A DNA stretch of 58,242 bases from Octopus bimaculoides (taxonomy: Eukaryota). Where the stretch lies: NCBI RefSeq assembly GCF_001194135.2, contig NC_068981.1, positions 103,907,044-103,965,285 of the forward strand, written 5' to 3'. Shown piece after piece: positions 47,591 through 58,242 of this stretch (the stretch's first letter is position 1; each line of letters starts with the position of its first letter). The position numbers were made by a program, and so were the translations under genes. A model generated the notes under the pieces. The model was not told where the DNA came from, did not search any database, and saw nothing but the letters and a program-made list of their open reading frames with translations.

Positions 47591-50159
47591 CATGCAGCTC
47601 ACAAAACTACAAAACCCAAGGAGCAGCTACTTAATCTACAGTATTGTTGTTTATCTCCAGTTTCTTTAACATTGAATAGATGATATAATGAGATATATCT
47701 CCCATTTCTTAAGGCACTTATTTTCCTTATAGGAGAAATAGAACACTGTTGGACAACTGAACATTAGTTTTGTAGTAATATTTTGCGAATTATTGATTTA
47801 AATTATGCATCTTACTCTTTAGCACTTACAACTAGGTGATGACTATTGAGAGTTAAGTGTTATATCAACTGAAATAATGATGTAACACAGTGTCAGTCAC
47901 TTGACACAAAACTACCGATCTCTTTAGTGTGTTGCCCAGTCAACCTATGAACCAAACCATCAGAATGCTTTTGAACCCAGGCGTTAGAGAGAACTACTCG
48001 ATGATTCAAATAGATAAATAAATATATTGATTCTGTTACGTATGGAATATCAAGATAAATGAATCCCAATAATCCTGTTCATCTAATGTGTGCAGAGGGA
48101 GATGATAAATGATAAATATAACTCTTTCAGGATACAAAAATTAAAGTTAAAAACTTCATTATGGCTATGAGCAGATTTTTAGGAAAATATACTTTCAATA
48201 GAAAAAGGAGGACAATTACACATCAGTGTGTATTCTAATTATAAGTCATGAGCCACAAGGATAGCAGGAAAAGGTACCTACGTGATTTTGCCTTTCAACC
48301 TTTCAGATCAATAAAATGAATACCGATATTCAAATGAAATGAATTAAGTCAGTTCAGTTCCTTAATGTCAAACTTAGAAATCAATTGTAGTTCATGGTGG
48401 AAGGAACCCTTAAGGGGATCTAGTACCCACTCACACACAACCAGTGCTCTAGTGAATAGTGTTTTCAAGGAAACAATAAACCAATTAGCAGTATGGCCTC
48501 TTGTTGATTATATTTAATGTGACAAAAGGGGGATAAAAATAAAGTTTGAAATAGAAAAGAAAAAAGAAAACAACCTGTATATTCAAGGATTACTCCCCCA
48601 CTTTTGTAAATAGACTATTAATCTGTAATATGACACTGAGAACTGTGACAAAGAAAACATAAAAACCCAGTGGTGCATAGAAAAATGTGTATGGGGAAGC
48701 TGAAGACTTCTCCATGATGGAATGATAAAGTGATTTTTTTTCCTTTCTCTTCCCTCCCCCACATCTGTTTAAAAACAATTGCTGTATTTATACAGAAGAC
48801 ATGCACCTGTTACAAAGATAATTGAACCTTGGTAAGTTGGCAGAAATGGTTGTCAGGTTAAATTTGCAAATATGAATAAGTTTGTATACCATGGCAAACA
48901 TGTAAATTCCAACATTTTTGTTGAAACACTTCTTTGAGTAAAAAAAAAAAGAGAAAAAAAATGATTAACTACCTTTCTGTATTTAGTTCCAACCCTATCT
49001 GTTGTTGTGTCAAAAATCCTGCTAGCTTTAACTTCATTCCTCCAGTGTTGATAAAATTAATACCAGTAATTCACAAGAATGATACTAATCATTTGTAGCC
49101 TTTCAATACAAATATGCAGCTTAGTTCCAAAATACAAATTTCCTGCTACTATCATTACCATACAAACTGAAGTCAAATGGTAACTCTGATAGCAATAGAT
49201 AGTTAACATCATCATCATTATTATCATCATCACTTTTATCTATTATTTGCTGAGTTCAAATTTTGCTAGTTGATCTTACTTTTCATCCCTCTAGTTTCAC
49301 TTTAATGATTATTATACTTTTATTACAATGTAAATAGAAATGCTTTTTAAATCTCACTTTGATAGCATAAAATTGGTAAAGATGTTCCTCCTCTCTTTAA
49401 GGTTTTTGATAATATTCTGACCTTAAGAACCTACCAGTTTTGCTTTTATATGGCCTCCCACAAATGCGTGGTGTGTTAAAAATATAAAACATATTAAACC
49501 AAACTCCAAGGTGTTTCTGCCTGCTACAAAGTTTTCTCTCAGAAAATTCAAAGATTCTTTAGCATATGTAGCATCAGAAATGTATTCAATAATAGTACCC
49601 CACTTCTCAGTTACCTCACTGAAGTTGAACCTACTCAGGAATGGTGAAAGCGTTAGAATAGTTTCTATAATACCCTGTGCATTTGCAGAAAGTATTCTAA
49701 AGGAGAAATTGAGAATCCCTTAAAAATTTGAATAAAGGTATATAAAAAAGCCTTAATGAGAGGTGAAACCTCAAAGTTAGGAATGACCAGTACAATTATG
49801 ACATAGAAAACGGTAATCATAAACTGCCATGGAATTAAATTTCCATAATTGATAGAAAACCAAAGTGAAAACTTAGAAAAATCAAGGAAGCAATGCATTT
49901 AATACTTGCTGATGAGCCAGTCAATAAGCTTAGGGTTGACATCAACACAATATAGCTTCCTTTTACAAAATGATAAATTTGAATAACCTAAAAATGTGAC
50001 ATTAGTTGTGTATGCCTCAGTGGACTAGTTGATAAAAATGTTATTATCTTTCATTTATGAATAAAGATTTTTAGTTTGAACCCAGTTCACTACTATGCAG
50101 ATATTCAGGAATATGACACCCAAAGATGGCTAGAATTTAAACCAATCAAAATAAAAAAG

Positions 50160-50335
50160 TAAATTTCCTTTCCAATTTGGGCACATGGCCAGCAGTTTTG
50201 AGAGGAAAGGGCAAGTTGATTACTTCAACCCCTGTGCTTAACAGGTACTTTTATCAACCATAATAGGATGAAAGGCAAAGATGACCCCACTGGAATTCAA
50301 GCTCAGAATGTAGAGATCTGGAAGAAATGCTGTTT
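50160..50335 (-). mobile_element. SINE family B
   Basis: TTTCCAATTTGGGCACATGGCCAGC..GGATGAAAGGCAAAG. Confidence 0.65.
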
Positions 50336-50727
50336 AACTCACTAAATACTATCAGCTCACAAATGCTTTGTCTCTTGAGATGAAGTAAAAAAAATAATAA
50401 TAGAATAATTTGTTCTGTCCTGAAACACTTGTTTATACAACCTCACATTTGAAAAAGAAAAATGAGAATGTGTAACTTTGAAGCTTTTCTTATCAAAAGC
50501 AAAATGACCAAGTGAAGTTTCAGTTCAAATTTGTGGCAGACTTTCTGTGTTCTGTATTACTTCAGCTCACATAGCTATTGAGAATATGTGACAGATCACC
50601 TCTAACAAGGTTGACATTCTGTCCAGATGGAGTTGTATTTTATAAAATATTTCACTTCATAAAGCTGAAGCTACAGACCACTTCTCAAATGCCTTGACGT
50701 TTAGGAGTTGCTTACATACTCTTGTTT

Positions 50728-50954
50728 CAATCTTTCAGCATTCAGATTATTCTGTCAAATATAATGCTTATTTATTTACATTGATTTGAATTAGTCATGC
50801 ATTATCTTGTAGCTTTGAGATTTCAATGACATAATTGTTTCTTTTTAGAATAATATTGTAGGGGCAGTGTAAGAGACTGGAACTGGCCAGTTACAAGATA
50901 AAACTGGTAAAATATTTTGGTCAGATATGGTCAGTTTAAATGCTAAAGGGTTAG
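50728..50954. mobile_element. TTAA-type MITE, family 2 (inverted copy)
   Basis: End AATGCTAAAGGGTTA. Interior is the reverse complement of 21130-21331. Confidence 0.65.
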
Positions 50955-53894
50955 ATATCTTTTTTTTTCCAAGATATTAACCACATAAATGAGGGTGAGC
51001 ATCAAAACTAATATGATTTCTATTTTTTAATTTTTTATACATCAGATGAATCACTTTTTGAACTATCTAAAGTTATCTATGAGTCTCTGAAGTTATTGCA
51101 AAAGTAGACTGTGTTATGTTTATAATTTATCTGCTTTTTCTTTCTATACTTCAGCTTGTCAGCAAAGTCATAACCAACCAAGTTAACAGAGAATCAAACC
51201 TTTAGCCAACGGATTGCATTGTATTTTATAAACAATACAGCCTCCATTGCTAAGGCACCTAATGCATACTACCTCTGCTTTTATCTCTACTTGGTTCTTT
51301 TGCATGTACTACCCACTGTACGAGTGGATGGTGCAGTGTTTCATTAGCTTCCGTTGAGTGTTTCATTAGCTTCCAGTACCTAGTTCAAGATCACTTCTTG
51401 GCCTGAGTCAAGGCAAAAGCATTTAGACTACAATAATGTGTCAACTAATTTTATTACCAACTTACCAAAGTTGCCTTGATATGAATTCATACATCTTGCT
51501 GCTTTTAACTGTTTGTTATCAACACACTAGTCACATGTCATTTTCTCCTCTCTAATTACTTATTCATAACAATTGAATCTTCTTTGTCCTATATAGAATT
51601 TACTGCTTTTGGTTTATTCATTTAAAAAGCTCTTCACTGTATATTACACATCCAGTGAATTATGGCCACCCCCTTCAAAATGGATTGAAATTCTTTCACT
51701 ATTTCCTTTCTCCACAGTCAATAATGTAATTTGTTATTTGAACTTGAAAGTAAAGAGGATAAAACCAGATATTGTATATTATTACAGTATTTACTGCTTC
51801 ATCATTGCAGTTGATTTATATTCCTCTGTTATTTCATGTATTCAATAAAATTGCAATTCAATAAAATAGCAAGTATTAAAGAATTTGGTAACATATCTAG
51901 TATTAAAGTATTTGATAAAATAGGAAATATTAAACTAGTCAATAACAAAGCAACATAATTAATATAAAATAAAATAAGCTTGTAATTATAGAAAACCAGC
52001 TCATGCACAAAATATAGATTTTGAGGTTTTGAATGAGTTTTGCATTGATTAAGATCTAGCAGTCAGTCTTTAATTTTATAACTTAGCTTATTGTATTGAC
52101 TGTAGAATAATAAATGTGAAAGGCCTGGGATAGTAGTTTCCTTTCTGACTCTATAGCTGGTCATAATATATTAAGATTATTCATTTATATTTAGTTTTAC
52201 ATTTATTTTGATATGCCTGAATGAGTTGTTTTACCTTTTGTTTATGATGTTGCTCTTAAAGTGGGTTACTCTTGCTGTTAATACTAAAATGATTAAATAA
52301 GAGTGAAATATGTTGGGGTTTTTTTCTGATGGAGTAAAGGTGTGTATAGGTAGTATCATAACAGTGTGTGTGTGTTATAATTTGTGTTCATGATAATAAA
52401 ATAGTTCAGGTTATCCATTGAGTAAGTTTGTGCTCTTTTTTGTTGCTGTTTTCTGTTGATCTGTTAAAAGAAACTCACAACAGAATTAACTTTCTTCTTA
52501 CTAGAATTATATTGCAACCAAATCCTAGGACAGTTTTCAAACAGAATGCTAAGAATAATAAAAAAGTGATTACATGATGTTGAAAGTTTAAGAATAACAA
52601 CTTTGAAGCAGAACAATACAAGTAACAAAATAAAAAAAATTCAACTTCCTTGGTGGTCATCTTGAACCTTGGTGACTTAACCAGCTGTAACTTCTGTATG
52701 GATATCTGTGTCTATGAGTGTGTGTGTGTGTGTGTGTGTATATACACACACACACAACTCATATCATAAGTATTTTTGCTTGTATAAGAGTAAATTCTAA
52801 ATCAAAAACAGTGCCATGAATTTCAGCACAGATTTATTGATGCCATTCTGTATGGACATATATAACAGTGTTTCTTTAGCGAAGTGTTTAGGTGAGTCAT
52901 ACAAATTATATGCTGTGATGACCTTTGGAAAATCTAGAGCAGCTGGTAATGTCTGAAATGTCATTTTGAAACAAGAAAGGGTAAAGCTACATAGATGGTT
53001 CCTTAAATAAGGCTGAGTGGAATCTTTGATAATATCCCCTCATTTTGCTACATTTATTTTACTCTGTCACATTGCCAAACAATATGGCTTTACTGAGTAT
53101 GACAGTAGATCTGGAATTTCATAAAAATGTTTCTTAAAAATATATTGAATGCCAGCAGGAAGAAGTAAATAATTATTATTATTTGTGTCTTATATTTTAG
53201 TGCAAGATGAAGATTTATAGGCAAATATGAATAAGAAGCTGAGACCTTCGTATTTGTGGTTTTGTCTTTCAGTTATGTTAATATCATAAATGAAAAGAAA
53301 TAAAATCAACAGAAAAAGATCATTGCTAGATTGCAGGTTTTGATCACTTGAAGTTAAGCTTATCTCTTATTCTACAGAAGTAATTATGTGTCTTGCCTTG
53401 TTGATTATGCTTAAAAGTCACTTTTAAATCATGGTTTTATTTCTGTTCATCCTGTTATTAGCTTGTAATTTGGTATCCAAAGATTTAGGGCTTTCCATTT
53501 TTTTGAGACAGTAGGTAATATGCTGAAGGGAGATTTATCTATTACATTGCTAAGTCCAGTAACTGTATGGAAAACTACATCATAAAGCTGGACGAAATAA
53601 GTAGAGAGGTTTGAATTCATTACTTACATCAATGAAGCTGTGGTTGTTAATGCTTTTTGTTTTGTTCTAGAGAAGATATTGACTAGCTGATAAGATATTG
53701 GATTCCAACTTCCTTGTATTTAAGTTCAAATATACTTCAGGTATATTATTGCTTTTCAGGGAAAATACTGTTGTAGACAAAACAAATTCTACATTAGTTC
53801 AGTTGATCTACCTCCTATCAGAAAGGCATATCAAATCTAGTTTGAATATTGCCTGTTATTCAGCAGCTATTACTATCTCAGCTGCTTTGTATCA

Positions 53895-54125
53895 TCATCA
53901 TCGTCATTCATTCTTTAACATCTGTTTTCCATGCAGGCATGGGTTGAACAGTTTCATCAGAGCTGGCAAGCTGGGGACCTCCACCAGGTTCCAGTTTCAC
54001 TTGGCTTGGTCACTACAGCTGGATGTCCTTCTTAACACCAACCACTCCACAGTGTGTGCTGGGTGCTCTTCACATGGCACTGTAAATAAAGTGTACTTAT
54101 AGAGATTCTGGCATGGGTGCATGGT
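53895..54125 (-). mobile_element. RTE-type 3' tail element
   Basis: CATCATCATC..TTTAACATCTGTTTTCCATGCAGGCATGGGTTG..GGATGTCCTTCTTAACACCAACCACT. Confidence 0.7.
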
Positions 54126-54984
54126 TAGGAAGTTTGCTGCACATCCATTCTGTGCAGACATTGAAGAAATGTCAGCCAAAATTCATGAGTGACATCTGGT
54201 AGGCAGAAACTGTGTTTATAACCTGTCATATATATTGTTGCCATCTTTGCCAGCTACTGTGGTTGTGATGTTGCTTTAACATCTACTTTTCCTTCCTTGC
54301 ATAGGTAAGACAGAATTCATTGAGGCATTCTGTTTTCCTCTGTAGCCTTGGGCTAATCAGTTATTTGTGAGTGAAATTGATAGATGGAAACTATGGAAAC
54401 TCATATTTTGTGTGTGAATATTTACATTCTGATTCTTTCTTGATTCTGTCTGAGCAAAATGGTAACATTATGTTTACATTCCCTATAAAAGTGTCCTGTA
54501 GCTCTATGCTTTAGCCAACCTGCCTGAGACTGCCCCAGGTTCAATGAAAATGCCTATATTAGCTTTATTTCATTTATATACTCATGCTTTATTCAAAGCT
54601 TTATTGTTTTTATGTGGTAGGAACATTATTCATTGTTATTGTGGAGCTCAGGATATTGGAGATACCAAAGGGGTTAGGTATAATCTACCTTTTTATTCTT
54701 AATATTTCAAATATAGCGTTGTGTGGATTTCCTTTTTAGCTGGATTTAATTATTGAGATTTTATTCAGTAGAGGTATAAATTTATTGATGGGGTTATTTG
54801 GGATTTTGGGGATGTGTTACTTATATCTATCTTTTATGGGGTGGGGGAGATGTGAAGGGTATAGTTTATGAAAATGTAAATGATAACAATTTATTTGTTA
54901 TTATGTCATTAATAATTTTCTGTTTTAAAGTGATTAAAATTTATACCTTACATCAAAATTTTATATTAATTTATGTTTTACTAA

Positions 54985-55621
54985 ATTCTTCATTATTTTC
55001 AAAATTAATTGAAACAGAGGTAGTGTATTTCAACAGAAATTTTGTAACAACAGGGTTCAAAAATGATTCTTCATTATTTTCAAAATTAATTGAAACAGAG
55101 GTAGTGTATTTCAACAGAAATTTTGTAACAACAGGGTTCAAAAATGATTCTTCATTATTTTCAAAATTAATTGAAACAGAGGTAGTNNNNNNNNNNNNNN
55201 NNNNNNNNNNNNNNNNNNNNNNNNNNNNNNNNNNNNNNNNNNNNNNNNNNNNNNNNNNNNNNNNNNNNNNNNNNNNNNNNNNNNNNNNNNNNNNNNNNNN
55301 NNNNNNNNNNNNNNNNNNNNNNNNNNNNNNNNNNNNNNNNNNNNNNNNNNNNNNNNNNNNNNNNNNNNNNNNNNNNNNNNNNNNNNNNNNNNNNNNNNNN
55401 NNNNNNNNNNNNNNNNNNNNNNNNAACAGAAATTTTGTAACAACAGGGTTCAAAAATGATTCTTCATTATTTTCAAAATTAATTGAAACAGAGGTAGTGT
55501 ATTTCAACAGAAATTTTGTAACAACAGGGTTCAAAAATGATTCTTCATTATTTTCAAAATTAATTGAAACAGAGGTAGTGTATTTCAACAGAAATTTTGT
55601 AACAACAGGGTTCAAAAATGA
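54985..55621. repeat. perfect 81-bp minisatellite array spanning a gap
   Basis: Units start at 54986, 55067 and 55148 before the gap, and at 55460 and 55541 after it. All visible copies are identical. Confidence 0.95.
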
Positions 55622-55934
55622 TAGGACTGAAAAAAAATTCTTATTTGTCAAACAAGTAAAAGTTGATAACAAGAAGTACATCCTGCTGTAAAATAATGCC
55701 TCAGTAAGTTGGAATCCAACACAAGCCAACATGAATAAATGGCATAAAACAAAAATAAACAAATAAAGGAGTATGGTAGAAGTCAGTTTTTCTGACCAAT
55801 TTAGGAGGGAAATTTTTAGATAATAACCAGCTGATAACAATATCTTCAGCATGTTTGGAACCCATTAATTTTCCATAGCAATTACTCTTTATACACAATC
55901 TGACTACAATAAATGGCTTTTATGTATATCACAC

Positions 55935-55944
55935 TATATCTCTG

Positions 55945-55990
<46 letters not shown>

Positions 55991-56028
55991 CCTCTCTCTC
56001 TCTCTCTCTCTCTCTCTCNNNNNNNNNN

Positions 56029-56092
<64 letters not shown>

Positions 56093-56101
56093 CCTCTCTC
56101 T
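55935..56101. repeat. (TC)n microsatellite
   Basis: Direct. Confidence 0.95.
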
Positions 56102-56234
56102 CATCATTTCATATTCACTTTTCCTTGGTTGCTTGGGTCAGATGGAATTTGTTGAGCAAGTTTTCTACGGCCAAATGCCCTTTCTGTCACCAACACTCAC
56201 CTGCTTTGAAGCAATGCAGACACACACGCAACAA

Positions 56235-56397
56235 GCTATTTTCAGTTTTCATTTACCAGATCCACTTTCCAGGCATTGGACAGCCCAGGGCAATAGTAGA
56301 AGACACTTGTCCAAGGTACCATGCAGCAGGACTGAATCCAAAATCACGTGGTTGGGAAGCAAGCTTCTTAACCATAGAGCCAAGACTTGCCTATGTG

Positions 56398-56448
<51 letters not shown>

Positions 56449-56626
56449 TTTTACTTGTTTCAGTCATTTGACTGTGGCCATGCTGGAGCACTGCCTTTAG
56501 TCGAACAAATCAGCCCCAGGACTTGTACTTATTTTATCAGTTTCTTTTGCCAAACTGCTAAATTACAGGGACATTCACTGGATGTCAAGTGATGGTGGGC
56601 AGGGGGGCAAACATAGACACACAAAT

Positions 56627-56663
<37 letters not shown>

Positions 56664-56665
56664 CA
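56235..56665 (-). mobile_element. SINE family A fragments (head 56235-56395; 3' half 56445-56665)
   Basis: Family motifs separated by (TA)n. Confidence 0.7.
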
Positions 56666-57229
56666 CACACACAATGATTAAAAATAAGTTACTAATTCGT
56701 GTTCTTCCACTTCCCACTGAGTTCAGTTTGACCTTCCATACTTCCTGAAGTACCAGTCAATGTAATCAATTCAGCTAGCACCACCCCTTTCTCAGTCAAC
56801 ATTGCTGGCCTTGTGACAAGAAATTAAAGTAGATGACACAAATTAAATCACCTACACACCCACATACATATCTGCTTGCTGGAACGTCTCTTATACTCTT
56901 GTGTTTCTATTTTCTGCTAAAAGTACCCTCTATTTGTCTTCTTTCATAATGCTCTGCCTTTTATTAACACCTTTTACCAATCACCCCTATAACCAATTTC
57001 TTATTGAAGCATTGCCAACATTTTCTCACACATTTTCTCTGCTCCTATTTACTTGGAGCAGATTCCTAATTGTATGGTGTTTACTCCTCCAAGAAAACTT
57101 GACAGGAACAGCTGGTGTATTTCAAACAGCTTACCAGCCAGTCATTTTGCAATTGCTTTGGCAGCTTTATCACTCCCCGTAATTCTCCATTTGTTTGTCT
57201 GCCTCTTTCCTTCTCCCTCTCTCTCTTTC

Positions 57230-57294
57230 GCATGTGTGTGCCTGTGTATATGCATATATTTATATGTACATGTGTGTGGGTATGTGTGTGTGTG

Positions 57295-57336
<42 letters not shown>

Positions 57337-57547
57337 TATATATTTACATGCATATATCTATATACACACACACACACATATATTTACACACACACACACA
57401 TACACACACACACACACATACACACACACACACACACACACATACACACACACACATATCTATATCTATCTATATATATATATGTTTATATATTTTTAGA
57501 TGTGCGTATATTCATCTATGCATATGTTTATGCATATATGTATGTGC

Positions 57548-57597
<50 letters not shown>

Positions 57598-57747
57598 TGT
57601 GCATGTGTAGATAGATAGATAGATGCATGAATATGTGGTTCCCTTCCATATGGCTTTGAGTTCAATTCCAGTATGTATTAGAACCTTGCGCAAGATTTTC
57701 TTGGTGGAAACAGGAGTCCATCATATGTCTGTGTGTTTGTGTTCTCA

Positions 57748-57790
<43 letters not shown>
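57230..57790. repeat. compound TG/TA/CA microsatellite field with a SINE A head (+, ~57630-57740)
   Basis: Direct simple repeats. Head GTGGTTCC..GAGTTCAATTCC..ACCTTGCGCAAG. Confidence 0.8.
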
Positions 57791-57793
<3 letters not shown>

Positions 57794-58199
57794 CATGAAG
57801 TTGTAATAGACAAAAGAACAAGAATTACTTAATCACTTTTTATAACAGAAATAGCTGTAAGCTAATGAAAGTGTTTATGTAACTCCTGTTCTTGTGTCAT
57901 TCATTGACTAATATTACACTCTGTAATCTCTGGATGGTTTTTTCTAAAGCATAATTATATCAAATTCTAAAAACTGGTTATTAGTATCACTATGTGTAAA
58001 CATAGTACAGAGAAACAATAAAAGTGAAGAGGACGTACACAGTGAATGTATTAGATTTATGCTCAGAGAAAGTTTAAGATGGAGAAAAGAGTGGCATGAT
58101 GTTTTGAGCATGGCTCTTCATCAAAAAGAGAAAAAAATTCAGAGAGAAGGAAAAAAGTAGTCTGAGAAAAGTACATGTCATTACATGGTTGAAAAATCA

Positions 58200-58242
<43 letters not shown>

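Noticed and set aside
49904-49945. CTGATGAG as a hammerhead core
   Set aside because: No stem II closure followed by GAAA.
41616-52891. Other splice-flanked segments (41616-41643, 48796-48831, 52880-52891)
   Set aside because: Short or weak polypyrimidine tracts or weak donors. Such AG..GT pairs are expected by chance in 58 kb of AT-rich DNA.
44070-55621. CRISPR-like arrays (66-bp, 29-bp and 81-bp repeats)
   Set aside because: Head-to-tail tandem repeats with no unique spacers, no cas genes, and eukaryotic context.
54798-55852. 297-aa and 293-aa repeat proteins
   Set aside because: Produced by the 81-bp minisatellite plus an N gap; no exon signals and no domain similarity recognised.

Overview
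AT-rich, microsatellite- and gap-rich eukaryotic DNA from a draft assembly (ten N gaps). The repeat families look like those of an Octopus genome; this is inferred from remembered SINE/LINE families, not from a search. No intact multi-exon gene is visible. The window most likely lies in a large intron or intergenic region, with one good and a few weak micro-exon candidates (best: 4353-4386, +). Most interpretable sequence is transposon-derived: at least four tRNA-derived SINE families, RTE LINE relics with a PHD-type finger inside the RT, R4/Dong and HERO-like RLE LINE relics, two Penelope-like elements (PLEs) of different types, a Helitron helicase relic, a Helentron-type HINE, a hAT (TTF/DUF4371) relic, a complete Mutator/Phantom-like element with a 9-bp TSD, and mariner- and piggyBac-type MITEs. 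The most notable structure is a set of minimal type I hammerhead ribozyme motifs of the PLE type. One sits in a near-perfect 233-bp-arm palindrome (42043-42516). One sits in a tRNA-Arg-headed, SINE-like element with an inverted terminal duplication (11061-11395). A core-variant motif lies downstream of a Neptune-type GIY-YIG relic (36320-36356). All are next to (TA)n tracts. Together they suggest Pol III-driven, ribozyme-bearing non-autonomous elements mobilised by PLE machinery (inference). Most ORFs in the supplied track are artefacts of microsatellites or N gaps. SINE boundaries are approximate (+/-10-20 bp).
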